The position numbers and the translations under genes were made by a program. The notes under the pieces were generated by a model that was not told the origin of the DNA, searched no databases, and worked only from the letters and a program-made list of their open reading frames with translations. Shown here piece after piece: positions 1 through 10,014 of a stretch of 64,000 nucleotides of DNA. Source of the DNA: Promethearchaeota archaeon (GTDB taxonomy: Archaea; Asgardarchaeota; Lokiarchaeia; Sigyniarchaeales; SOKP01); NCBI GenBank assembly GCA_019058245.1, contig JAHPZJ010000013.1:169166-233165 (forward strand), written 5' to 3'. The stretch's first letter is position 1, and the number at the start of each line of letters is the position of its first letter.

Positions 1-1854
1 TAAATTCTGAGCAGTGAAATAATCTGGATATACATACCAAAACTCATAAAAACTCCAATTATTAAATTCAGGGTTATATATATCTCGAGTATAATTAAAA
101 ATCCATTCCGGGTTTTCATTGTATAATGCACTATAACTAGATAAAGCTGGTTCAATCCAATATGCATTCACTGAATATGATGATAAATTAAACTTAAAAC
201 CTTTTATATTGGTTTTATCCCAAGAAAGATCAATTGTGAAATTATTGTAGCCTTCATCACTAATTGGTATCGTAAAATTATTTGCCCATTGTCCAATACC
301 CCAGGTTAAATATGAAGTTTCATTATATGGATAAGAACTATCCTCTAAATCTACCAAAGGTAAATTCTGAATTGTTAAATTATAGTTACCAGATATATTA
401 AAATCTGAGGGCATATAGCCTCTAGTGACATTTAACTTAAATAAACTAGCATCTAATTGTCCTGAGGTATATTGACCAGTTTGAGTATCAATTATTTTTT
501 TAGCATTAACCCAAGTATTTCCGTCATCATTAGTTCTTTTCAATTGATGTTCTGTTTCGCTATCACCATAACTTATCCAAGGAAGTCCAACAAGACTATA
601 TACAACTTTTGAATTATTAGACTTAATTACTATAAAATAATTAGACACGTTGAGTTTATCTGTTTTACTAGTGTTAAAATTAAAGTTAGTATAGTTATCG
701 TCAATATAAGAATTAATAATTATTGTGTCTATCGGTGGAGTATCATCTGGACGTAAAGTATTATCTTGCAAATTGATTGTATCCCTAACAATAGTAGTAT
801 TTGCTCTATATAATGTTATATTAATAGATGTATTAGCAGCTTCTGAAATATTTAAAGTTCTTATCCAAACATTAAATCCATTAACAGTACAATTATTTCC
901 CTTTAGATCAAATTCTAAAGCAACATAACTCTCATTAGTTATGGGTAAATCAAAAGCGAAAGTAGATTGTAAGTTATACTCATAAACGGAGGCCTCAAAA
1001 GGAGTATGGTCATCTCTTTCGAATATAAACTGAATTTGGGTTATATTTGATAAATCTATGAAATTTAAATTTTGATTAATTATATGATCCTCTAATTCTT
1101 GGGTATTTAAACTACTATTGAATGAAAGTCCTGATGTCACATTTACCCAAATAGATTGGAAAGAATTATATACACTCACGGTTAAGTTTGCATTTGCATC
1201 AAGTGAAATTACTAAAGATGAGATTAGACTCAAAATATTCGATCTATTAAAAATTACATTTTCCGAAGCTCCTGCAACGGCTTTAGTGTTAGTGAAATTG
1301 GCTGAAATTGTAAAATTCAGAATTCCTTTTGTCGCATTTAAAACAGCACAAGTTTCATCATTATTATCAATTATTTGAGAGAAATCATTCTCTTTTAAAT
1401 CAGTATCAGGATCTAAAGTCCAATTTGATGTTGTAGTACTATAATTAAACGCAATGTAATTATTGACAAATAACGCATCGTTATCTTCTATTATATAATC
1501 AGTAGTATAATTGTTTTGAAAATTAAAGGTGAAATTCCCATACGTAAGAACCATCTCTTCAGAAGAAAGTGAAGGGATTTCGAAAGATTCTTGATTATCG
1601 TTTAAATTGTTGGAGACATTATTTACATAAATTCTGACTGTTTGATTAAATCCAGAACCTGTGATAGGGTCACTTAAATTTAAATTAGAGCTTAAGTTAA
1701 TATCATCTAATATATCTTCTTTAGTAATATTGCTATTTTTATCTTTTTGATTTATATTAAAAATACCGAAGAAGTAGATATTAGATAAAAAAATTGTTAT
1801 GACAAAAAATGAAACTAAAAAACAGCGTGATATCTCCTTTTTTCGTCGAATCAA
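1..1854 (-). CDS. Large secreted/cell-surface glycoprotein, 5' part only (runs off window start)
   Basis: Not in the ORF track. Hand translation from TTG at 1854 is open to base 1: MIRRKKEISRCFLVSFFVITIFLSNIYFFG (basic plus hydrophobic signal/anchor), followed by N/T/S-rich sequence with many N-x-S/T sequons (NQT, NVS, NFT, NYT, NAT, NRS, NLT). Confidence 0.8.
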   Translation of the reverse strand, partial: MIRRKKEISRCFLVSFFVITIFLSNIYFFGIFNINQKDKNSNITKEDILDDINLSSNLNLSDPITGSGFNQTVRIYVNNVSNNLNDNQESFEIPSLSSEEMVLTYGNFTFNFQNNYTTDYIIEDNDALFVNNYIAFNYSTTTSNWTLDPDTDLKENDFSQIIDNNDETCAVLNATKGILNFTISANFTNTKAVAGASENVIFNRSNILSLISSLVISLDANANLTVSVYNSFQSIWVNVTSGLSFNSSLNTQELEDHIINQNLNFIDLSNITQIQFIFERDDHTPFEASVYEYNLQSTFAFDLPITNESYVALEFDLKGNNCTVNGFNVWIRTLNISEAANTSINITLYRANTTIVRDTINLQDNTLRPDDTPPIDTIIINSYIDDNYTNFNFNTSKTDKLNVSNYFIVIKSNNSKVVYSLVGLPWISYGDSETEHQLKRTNDDGNTWVNAKKIIDTQTGQYTSGQLDASLFKLNVTRGYMPSDFNISGNYNLTIQNLPLVDLEDSSYPYNETSYLTWGIGQWANNFTIPISDEGYNNFTIDLSWDKTNIKGFKFNLSSYSVNAYWIEPALSSYSALYNENPEWIFNYTRDIYNPEFNNWSFYEFWYVYPDYFTAQNL

Positions 1855-2002
1855 AAAGACAACCGTAATCTCTAATTTTTGTTTATAAAATAATTGAATA
1901 GTATTAAAGTTTATTAGTGAGCTGTAGAATTTAACAAAATATTTTATAGTTTCAAATTTATCTTAAATAGAGGCATTATTAATTATTATAAAGAGAAATT
2001 TT

Positions 2003-3364
2003 ATGACTGAAGAGTTAATTCTTAATGAAATTGAAGCTAATACTGAAGAATATATCGAATTTTTAAGAGAATTAATACAAACTGATTCATATAATCCTCC
2101 AGGCAATGAAAAAAATATAGCAATTAAAATTGAAAAATATCTAAAGAATATAGGAATTGATTGTGAGATATTTCCTTTTGGAGAGAATCGAGCTAATCTA
2201 ATTGCGTATTTAATTAATGATTCTAATGGTAAGAATCTCTTATATAATGGGCATATGGATGTAGTTCCTCCAGGAAATGAAGAAGAATGGAGCACTCCAC
2301 CTTTATCTGCTAAAATTAGAGGTGGTAAAGCAAGGAGGAAGATGTTTGGTAGAGGTACGGTAGATATGAAATCAGGATTAGCAGCAATGACTATAGCTCT
2401 AAAAATATTGAAAAAATTAAATTTAATTAAATCAGGTAATTTAATTTTAAATGCTGTTGCAGATGAAGAAGTCGGTGGTGAAGTAGGTACTCTATGGAGT
2501 TTAGATAATGTATTAAAATCGAAAAAAATAAATTTTGCTTTAATTGGTGAACCAACGGGACTAGATCCCTTATCGAAGGCAATAATTATTGGAGAAAAAG
2601 GACGTGTGGCGATAAGAATAATAACAAATGGGATTTCAGGTCATGCTTCGGTACCAATTCTAGGAAAAAATGCTATTTATATGATGAGTGAAATAATTCA
2701 AAATTTGGATAGAATAGATAAATTTTTTCCTAAAATAGAACCTCCCTTGCCTCTAGAGAAAATAAAGGAATTAATTAGTGTTGTCTTTCCAAGTAAAGCA
2801 GTTTTTGAGAAAATTTTAAGTGAGCAACAAATACTCCAAAATATTATTAACGCCAATTCTCAATTTACAAAAAATTTAACAATGATTAAGGGAGGTATCA
2901 AATCAAATGTTGTTCCAGATCATTGCGAGGCAGTAATTGATTTTAGAATATTGCCAGGACAAACGGTTGAAATGGTTTTAAATAGTTTGAAGAAATTGAT
3001 TAATGAATTAGGTTTTGAAGTAAAAGATGAGCCCATAGGACTTCCTAAAGAAATATTTGTATATCTAGATGTAGAATATGCTGGTGAAGCATCATTTTTT
3101 AGTGGTTGGGAACACTCGAAAAGTTTAAATGATTTTTATACAATTGTAGAAAAATTTTATGATAAAAAGCCTTTCTATTTTCTATATCCAGCAAGCTCAG
3201 ATGCAAAATTTTATAGAAACAAAAATTTTTGCCAATCTACAATTTTATTTGGTCCCGGAAATGCACAACTTGCCCATACAACTAATGAAAATATCGAAAT
3301 AAATGACTTTATTAATGCAATCAAAGTTTATACTTTATTTGCTTATAATTTTTTAAAGGATTAA
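2003..3364 (+). CDS. M20 family metallopeptidase (ArgE/DapE-like)
   Basis: Motifs NGHMDVVP, GRGTVDMK, ADEE, GEPT, GHAS, AHTTNE. Confidence 0.9.
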   Translation: MTEELILNEIEANTEEYIEFLRELIQTDSYNPPGNEKNIAIKIEKYLKNIGIDCEIFPFGENRANLIAYLINDSNGKNLLYNGHMDVVPPGNEEEWSTPPLSAKIRGGKARRKMFGRGTVDMKSGLAAMTIALKILKKLNLIKSGNLILNAVADEEVGGEVGTLWSLDNVLKSKKINFALIGEPTGLDPLSKAIIIGEKGRVAIRIITNGISGHASVPILGKNAIYMMSEIIQNLDRIDKFFPKIEPPLPLEKIKELISVVFPSKAVFEKILSEQQILQNIINANSQFTKNLTMIKGGIKSNVVPDHCEAVIDFRILPGQTVEMVLNSLKKLINELGFEVKDEPIGLPKEIFVYLDVEYAGEASFFSGWEHSKSLNDFYTIVEKFYDKKPFYFLYPASSDAKFYRNKNFCQSTILFGPGNAQLAHTTNENIEINDFINAIKVYTLFAYNFLKD

Positions 3365-3450
3365 TGACTTTCAAAATGATATAGAAATTTATAAGATTCT
3401 ACTCTTATTAATTTATTAAATCTCAATAAATAAACAAAATAAGCAAGTCC

Positions 3451-4629
3451 TTGCCTGATATAAAAATAGAAGATACAGTTATTCTTTTAGATACTTCTAG
3501 ATCTATGTTGAGAAAAGATTTTAAACCAAGTAGATTAGTGATTGAATTACAAACAGTTAAAAATTTCATTCAATCAAAATTATCAATAGATATGAAAGAT
3601 AGAATATCAATAATTTCTTTTGGGGGAGTTTCTAAAAAATTGGTTGATTTTACATTTGAAGTAGATAAGTTAATTAAAGCATTATATAAAATTCAAATAT
3701 CAGGTCGCGGAAATTTACATGAAGGGATTGCCTTTGCCTTACAAATATTGGTCGAAGAGATGCGAAAAATTGGTGGAAAGACTTCCCGTATTTTGATTAT
3801 AACTGATAACAAGTTAAATATTGATACAAATAGAATAATTAAATTGGTTAATATAGCAAAAGGTTTAGGTGTAATTATTGATTCTTGTCAGTTAGGAGGA
3901 GACGAAGACTATGGAGATTATTCTTTAAAAAGAATAAGTCAACGTACTGAAGGAGAATATGGACATTTTGATAATTCAAAAGCAATTATTAGTGCTGGTA
4001 AAACCTTTGCTTCAAAAAAAGATGTTAAGGAAACTTACGATTATTTTTCTCAAGATAAAAAAGATAAAATTGCACCTCTAGTAAGTGAAATTGCATTACC
4101 ATTAAGAAGACCAACTCTATTAGATATTAGGTTAATGATGGGGGGAACTAATAAAGGACAAGAAAAATGCCAAATTTGTCATTCCGTTAAATCAGCGGTT
4201 ACAGGAGCAGGTTTTTTTAGTGAGGGCCGCTACTGTCCAAGTTGCGATCGTGCAATGCATCTTTCTTGCGCTGCGATGTGGGCTAAGAGGACAGAATATA
4301 AAGAAAATGTATTTAGATGCCCTTTTTGTTTTTTCCTTCTGGAATTACCAAGAGCAGCATTAAAATTGATTAAAGGTGAAATAAAAGAATTTCAAGAAAA
4401 AATAATTATTGATGAAAATGAAAAGTCAATAACAAAAATGATTTTAATATCTAATGAAGAAGTAGATAAAATTGACTCATCATGTTCATATTGTAATAGT
4501 ATTTTTTTAGGGGATTTTAAAGTTTTTCAATGCGAAAATTGTAATGCATATTATCATGAACCTTGCTTGGAAAAAATGAAAAAAGAAATTAAGGCATGTA
4601 GGTATTGTGGAGCAAAAATTACGTCATAA
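3451..4629 (+). CDS. VWA domain protein (Ssl1/p44- or Rpn10-like) with two C-terminal C4HC3 RING/PHD-like zinc fingers
   Basis: DTSRSM..DFKPSRL VWA start; CQIC..CPSC..HLSC..CPFC and CSYC..CENC..HEPC..CRYC. Confidence 0.8.
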   Translation: MPDIKIEDTVILLDTSRSMLRKDFKPSRLVIELQTVKNFIQSKLSIDMKDRISIISFGGVSKKLVDFTFEVDKLIKALYKIQISGRGNLHEGIAFALQILVEEMRKIGGKTSRILIITDNKLNIDTNRIIKLVNIAKGLGVIIDSCQLGGDEDYGDYSLKRISQRTEGEYGHFDNSKAIISAGKTFASKKDVKETYDYFSQDKKDKIAPLVSEIALPLRRPTLLDIRLMMGGTNKGQEKCQICHSVKSAVTGAGFFSEGRYCPSCDRAMHLSCAAMWAKRTEYKENVFRCPFCFFLLELPRAALKLIKGEIKEFQEKIIIDENEKSITKMILISNEEVDKIDSSCSYCNSIFLGDFKVFQCENCNAYYHEPCLEKMKKEIKACRYCGAKITS

Positions 4630-4707
4630 CAACTAATTATTTATTCTTGTTTTGTTTAAATTATTTAAATTATCATACTTTTTCTTTAATAGCTTAAAAT
4701 TGAGAGG

Positions 4708-6762
4708 TTGATTAAATTAGGGAATAAAAAACGATCAAAGTGGATTATTACTTCAGCATGGCCTTATGTAAATGCAATACCTCATTTAGGCAATTTAATT
4801 GGAAGTACTTTATCAGCGGATGTATTTGCTCGTTTTTTAAGAATGAAAGGGGAAGAAGTGGTATTTGTTTCCGGATCGGATTCTCATGGAACTCCTGTTT
4901 CTATAGAAGCAAAAAAGTTAAAAGTTCCGGCAGAAGAACTGGCATTTAAATATCATAAGATTATTAAAGATTTGCACGAGAAATGGCAAATCTCTTTCGA
5001 TAATTACACAATAACACATAATCCAATACATATTGAATTTGTCCAAAAAATGTATTTAGATATACAAAAAAACGGTTATATTATTGAAAAAGAAAATGAA
5101 TCATTATATTGTGAGACTGATGACTTATTTTTACCCGATCGTTTTGTAGAGGGGACATGTCCTCATTGTAATTTTGAGGATGCTAGAGGAGATCAATGTG
5201 ATTATTGTCAAAAATTATTAACTCCTTTAGAACTTATTAAACCTAAATGTGCTGTTTGTGGCAATACTCCGACTGTCAAAAAAACAAAACATTGGTATTT
5301 AGATCTGCCAAGATTACAAAATAGATTAAGAGATCTAATTGAAAAAAATGAAATTATCCCTGTTAATGCTCGACAAATGTGTTTAAATAGTATAGATGAA
5401 GGTTTACCCGAACGAGCAATAACACGGGATTTAGAATGGGGAATACCCGCTCCATTTAAAAATGCAGAAGGTAAGACCATATATGTGTGGTTTGAAGCAG
5501 TATTGGGATATATCACAGCCGTTAAAGAATGGGCAGAGAAAATAATTAATGAACCAGATAAATTTGAATATTTTTGGAATGATTCTAATACTAAAACAGT
5601 ATACTTTATAGGTAAAGATAATATCATTTTCCATTTGATCGTTTTTCCTGCATTAATATTAGCATATAATGATAATAAAAAAGAAGGGAAAAAACTCGTA
5701 TTACCTTACAATGTTTCATCAACAGAATGGTTAATGTACGAGAACACTAAATTTTCAAAATCAAGGGGGATAGGCATTTGGATTGATGATGCTCTCAAAT
5801 TAGCGCCATTAGATTATTGGAGATTTAATCTAATCTATAATAGACCCGAAAAAAGTGATGCTTCATTTTTATGGTCTGAATTTGAAAATAATATAAAAAT
5901 GCTAAACGATGTTATAGGTAATTTTATTCACAGATCATTAACATTTATAAATAAGCAATTTAATAGTACAATTCCAAAAAGAATAGAATTAGATAATATT
6001 GATAAGGATTTTATTCTAAAAATTGAAGAGATATCTGGAAAGATAGGAGGTTTACTAGAGAATTTTGAGTTAAGAAAGGCACTAAGGGAAATTGTGAATT
6101 TTGGTAGAGAAGGAAATATCTTTTTAAACGATAAGGCTCCTTGGCATCTAATAAAAAAAAATAAAAATGCAGCAGGGCAAGTTTTTAATTTATGTGCTCA
6201 AGCTGTTTACGCATTAGCAATTCTCTTGGGACCATTCATTCCTGAAACATCGAATAAAATTTTAAATTTTCTCAATGTTAATGAACCTATAGAAGAATTA
6301 AGTTGGTATAGTATTAAAGATAATGTACTTAAAGAGGGACATAAATTAAAAATTCCAGAACCACTTTTTCAAAAATTAGATATTACAGAATTAATCTCGA
6401 AATTAGAAACTGTAAAAAAAACTGAAAAAGGTGAGAAAGAATTGGTATCATATGAAGAATTTAAAAAATTAGATATAAGAGTCGCATTAATAGAAAATAT
6501 TGAAAAAGTTCCTAAAGCTGATAAGCTCTATAAATTATCTATTGATTTGGGAAATGAGAAAAGAACTCTAGTTGCTGGATTGGCTGAATATTATAAACCA
6601 GATGATTTAAAAGGAAAAAAAATAATTGTTTTAACTAATTTAGAACCAAGAAAATTAAAAGGAATTTTAAGTGAAGGAATGCTTCTTGCAGCAGTAGATG
6701 GTGATAATGTATCAATTTTAGTACCTGATAAAGATTTACCTCTTGGAGCTAGAATTGAGTAA
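4708..6762 (+). CDS. metG: Methionine--tRNA ligase with C-terminal tRNA-binding (EMAP/Trbp111-like) domain
   Basis: PYVN..HLGN (HIGH), zinc knuckle CPHC/CDYC/CAVC, YVWFEA, GKDN, KFSKS (KMSKS); C-terminal LDIRV..NLEPRKLKGILSEGMLL. Confidence 0.97.
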   Translation: MIKLGNKKRSKWIITSAWPYVNAIPHLGNLIGSTLSADVFARFLRMKGEEVVFVSGSDSHGTPVSIEAKKLKVPAEELAFKYHKIIKDLHEKWQISFDNYTITHNPIHIEFVQKMYLDIQKNGYIIEKENESLYCETDDLFLPDRFVEGTCPHCNFEDARGDQCDYCQKLLTPLELIKPKCAVCGNTPTVKKTKHWYLDLPRLQNRLRDLIEKNEIIPVNARQMCLNSIDEGLPERAITRDLEWGIPAPFKNAEGKTIYVWFEAVLGYITAVKEWAEKIINEPDKFEYFWNDSNTKTVYFIGKDNIIFHLIVFPALILAYNDNKKEGKKLVLPYNVSSTEWLMYENTKFSKSRGIGIWIDDALKLAPLDYWRFNLIYNRPEKSDASFLWSEFENNIKMLNDVIGNFIHRSLTFINKQFNSTIPKRIELDNIDKDFILKIEEISGKIGGLLENFELRKALREIVNFGREGNIFLNDKAPWHLIKKNKNAAGQVFNLCAQAVYALAILLGPFIPETSNKILNFLNVNEPIEELSWYSIKDNVLKEGHKLKIPEPLFQKLDITELISKLETVKKTEKGEKELVSYEEFKKLDIRVALIENIEKVPKADKLYKLSIDLGNEKRTLVAGLAEYYKPDDLKGKKIIVLTNLEPRKLKGILSEGMLLAAVDGDNVSILVPDKDLPLGARIE

Positions 6763-8007
6763 TTATAATTTCAGTGAGAATAATGGATTTAATCGAGCTA
6801 TGATTTCTCCAAGATCTAATTGAATTGTTTTAAGAATAATATCCCGACCTCTATATTCAAATTGTAATTCACTTACATTCCTAATTATTTTTAGTCTACT
6901 TATATTTGTTTTTAAAGAAGTAACAAAATATCTCTGATCCTTGTAATCTAAAATATCTAAAACGTCTTTAATGTCATTAAAAGAATATCCTCCCCCATGA
7001 GGAAGAATACAAGCATTTGTCAATAATTCTATAAGTTCTAATTCTTCTGCCCGTTCAAAAAAGTTTTCATTTTTTAATGTTGTCTCAGATAAATTTTTTT
7101 TTCCTTGGAATAAATAAGCCGAAATATCTGCCCTGAGTGTTGTTGGAAAAATGTTTGACTTTATTAAATTACAATCAATGTCTGTACAATTACTTCCCAT
7201 GTACATATTATTATAATCCTTTAAAAATTGATGAGATTGATTACAAATTGTTTTATATCCATAATCAAATAGATTATCAGCGATGATTTCTCTTTTTTTA
7301 TTAGAAAATTTAATAGCTTTTTTGTTAAAATCAAGGTATTCTTTCGCGACAGAATCTAATAAAATATATTGTTTACCCAATTTGGTATCTTCTTCAATCG
7401 CAAGTTCTTTTAATGTTTTTGATTTGTCAATATATAATCCAATCCCATTTTCGTCATCCCTAAATTCTGGTGCACTACCATGGATTAAGAACACATAGGG
7501 TGGAAGTTCTATATTGGATAAATTCTTTGTTTCAAAACAATTAATAAAATGATTTGATATATCATAATCCCAATTTATCAAAATATCATTGTGATAAAGC
7601 TCTTTTGACTTAATTATATCAATTTTCTTAATTAATGTATAAGGATCTGGAATTTCTTCCAAACCACCAACTAATATACCACAACAATTGGGTTTTGTGT
7701 TAAGGAAAATTAATTTTTCATTTCCATTTCCCCAATTTAGTCGACCCCCATATCCTAGACCAGAATTCCATCTAAACTTATTTCTTGAGATTGTCTCATC
7801 AGGAGACGATATGAAAGTTGCTTTTGGGTCAATTCCATATTTTTGTTGAATAAGTTGGAAGGAGGCTAAGCCATATTGCATATTAGCGCGGCATAATTTT
7901 GAGGTGGCATCATTTAAACCAGTTGAAAAAATGAATTGACTTGCTCTATCTAATAAATCTACTTTTGAAAGTGCCGATATTTCTGGAGAGAGGATTGAAG
8001 AATCCAT
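6763..8007 (-). CDS. Divergent RtcB-family (RNA ligase-like) protein
   Basis: Ordered motifs SPD..GLGYGG, NCCG, SNHFI, IHGS, SHQ, PHGGG and C-terminal LNP...K parallel the RtcB motifs PD.H..G, DINCG, GNHF, HTGS, AHN, HGAG, LRP...KG. Confidence 0.65.
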   Translation of the reverse strand: MDSSILSPEISALSKVDLLDRASQFIFSTGLNDATSKLCRANMQYGLASFQLIQQKYGIDPKATFISSPDETISRNKFRWNSGLGYGGRLNWGNGNEKLIFLNTKPNCCGILVGGLEEIPDPYTLIKKIDIIKSKELYHNDILINWDYDISNHFINCFETKNLSNIELPPYVFLIHGSAPEFRDDENGIGLYIDKSKTLKELAIEEDTKLGKQYILLDSVAKEYLDFNKKAIKFSNKKREIIADNLFDYGYKTICNQSHQFLKDYNNMYMGSNCTDIDCNLIKSNIFPTTLRADISAYLFQGKKNLSETTLKNENFFERAEELELIELLTNACILPHGGGYSFNDIKDVLDILDYKDQRYFVTSLKTNISRLKIIRNVSELQFEYRGRDIILKTIQLDLGEIIARLNPLFSLKL

Positions 8008-8142
8008 TTTATAAAAAAAAATAGTATATATATTATACTCTATCTAAAAATATATGAAAAGATAATATATATAATATTAATGATAATATGTTGAAAAATT
8101 CCTATAAAAAAAATCAAAATTATTGATGAAAAAATAGTAACC

Positions 8143-8766
8143 ATGAATACTTCGGATGATTTTGTATTATTTGACTCATTAAAATCTATAAGAATTAATG
8201 GAGAATTCACAGGCTCTATTGTATCAAAATATAAGAATAAAGTAATCTTTTCAGATAATATTAAAATTTCAGATTCTGAAGGAATTATGATATCTGAAGG
8301 ATTAATTACCGGTTTTGAAAAGGTGGGAATGGAATTAAATCCAATTTCTAGAAAAGTTGATTTAAAATGGGATTTAAACGATACTTTATTAGAATATTGC
8401 GTCATAATCCCTGAAGATACAATGGAGCAATATGATCAAGGACAATTTTCAAATGAACTCCCATATACTATTAATCTACTTCATACAGCAACCTTACTTT
8501 TAAATAATCACGAAAGTAAGCTCAATCATTTAGATTTTTTCAAAGGAGAGATTTTAAAAAATCCTATAGCAATGATTAGGAATGGCATTATAATTGCTGA
8601 TAGAGTTGTAATCGATGATAATGGAGACCCCGTTTTTTATGATTGCTTGATTGTGGGAAGAGATGAGAATGAAGATATTAATATAAGTTATGAACCAATT
8701 ACTAACGTTGATGATAAAATGCTTGAATATATTATAATATTAGGTATTGAGGAATTAAAAATTTAA
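8143..8766 (+). CDS. Hypothetical protein (acidic)
   Basis: 207-aa ORF, co-oriented with the downstream ATPase; no recognised motif. Confidence 0.6.
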   Translation: MNTSDDFVLFDSLKSIRINGEFTGSIVSKYKNKVIFSDNIKISDSEGIMISEGLITGFEKVGMELNPISRKVDLKWDLNDTLLEYCVIIPEDTMEQYDQGQFSNELPYTINLLHTATLLLNNHESKLNHLDFFKGEILKNPIAMIRNGIIIADRVVIDDNGDPVFYDCLIVGRDENEDINISYEPITNVDDKMLEYIIILGIEELKI

Positions 8767-8783
8767 AATCATCTTGAACTAAA

Positions 8784-10004
8784 ATGCTCCTTTTTGAGAA
8801 TAAAGAACAAAAATTGCTAAATCTCCTAAACTTTACCGGATCACCGTTTAAAAAGTTTGTTTCTACAGGAGAAATCGAAGAAGATATTGGATTAGTCCAA
8901 TCAAGAGAAGAATTCTTACATTCTATCATCAGCATATTAGATAAAAATGAAAATGTCATCCTGCCAATTATTGGAGACGTTGGAACTGGAAAAACCCATC
9001 TATATTGGGCTTTAAAGCATGAGTTATATTATTATAATATTGTCTTTATTTCCTTAGAAAATGTTGTTAAGAAATTTTATTACAATATATACTCTGAATT
9101 CATAGAAAATATGGGTATAGACATTTTAAGAAATATTTCTCGAAGATTGTGTAATAATTGGGGTGCTTTAGAAAGAAAATTTGGTTTTTTTCATGTAGCA
9201 GAAATTAATAAGGTTAAGAAAGTTGCTTGTGAAGAATGGGCACCTAAATTCGAAAATGAAGAATCAATTATGGATATTATAAATGCAATAACAGCTCATC
9301 AATTAGATCCATATAAAAAAATAGAAGTTGAAAGATGGTTTTTGGGAGAAGTAATAGATATAAGGGATCTTTCAAGATTGAACTTAAAAAATGATTTAAG
9401 AAAAAGGGATAATGCATATACTATGCTTAAAGTACTAGTTGAAAATGCCATGGTAAATAGTGTATTATTCATAGATGATTTCGAGAAAATTGTCTCAATG
9501 ATGAAACCTATACCAATAGAAGAACAAAAAGAAGAAGTTTTTGACAAAAGTTGGCTTTATGGGAGTAGTGAATCACCTCAAAAACGTTCTGCTAATAAAA
9601 TATTAGATAAAATTGTGAAATTAAATAATATAAATGGTTTAAGAATTATTATTACATTAAAGTCATTTGATTTTTATGAAGAAATCATACGAAAATTTGA
9701 AGACATAGACTCCAATCTTTTAAAACTAATAAAAAAACCTATCATCCTATCTAATTTTGATGATGATGATGTTTTCACATTTTATAAAAAAAATTTAGAA
9801 TTTTTTTTTGGTCATCTCAATTATTTTGATTATTTTCGAGATTTTTCCCAGTCTTATTTTCCCCTAAACAAAGAAGTATTAAAAAACATTTTTATCCAAA
9901 CGAAGGGTAATCCTAGAGAAATAATAAAGTTTTTAATAAAAATTTTTAATGACATCATATTTTCAAATGAAGAATTAGAAGAAATTCTTAAAAAATATCA
10001 GTAA
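8784..10004 (+). CDS. P-loop ATPase (AAA+/STAND-like, BrxD/DUF2791-like architecture)
   Basis: Walker A GDVGTGKT, Walker B LFIDDFE, C-terminal TKGNPR. Confidence 0.75.
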   Translation: MLLFENKEQKLLNLLNFTGSPFKKFVSTGEIEEDIGLVQSREEFLHSIISILDKNENVILPIIGDVGTGKTHLYWALKHELYYYNIVFISLENVVKKFYYNIYSEFIENMGIDILRNISRRLCNNWGALERKFGFFHVAEINKVKKVACEEWAPKFENEESIMDIINAITAHQLDPYKKIEVERWFLGEVIDIRDLSRLNLKNDLRKRDNAYTMLKVLVENAMVNSVLFIDDFEKIVSMMKPIPIEEQKEEVFDKSWLYGSSESPQKRSANKILDKIVKLNNINGLRIIITLKSFDFYEEIIRKFEDIDSNLLKLIKKPIILSNFDDDDVFTFYKKNLEFFFGHLNYFDYFRDFSQSYFPLNKEVLKNIFIQTKGNPREIIKFLIKIFNDIIFSNEELEEILKKYQ

Positions 10005-10014
10005 TTCAATTTAT

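Noticed and set aside
8784-10004. BREX defence system
   Set aside because: No pglX, pglZ, brxC or brxHI-like neighbours; only a generic ATPase resemblance.
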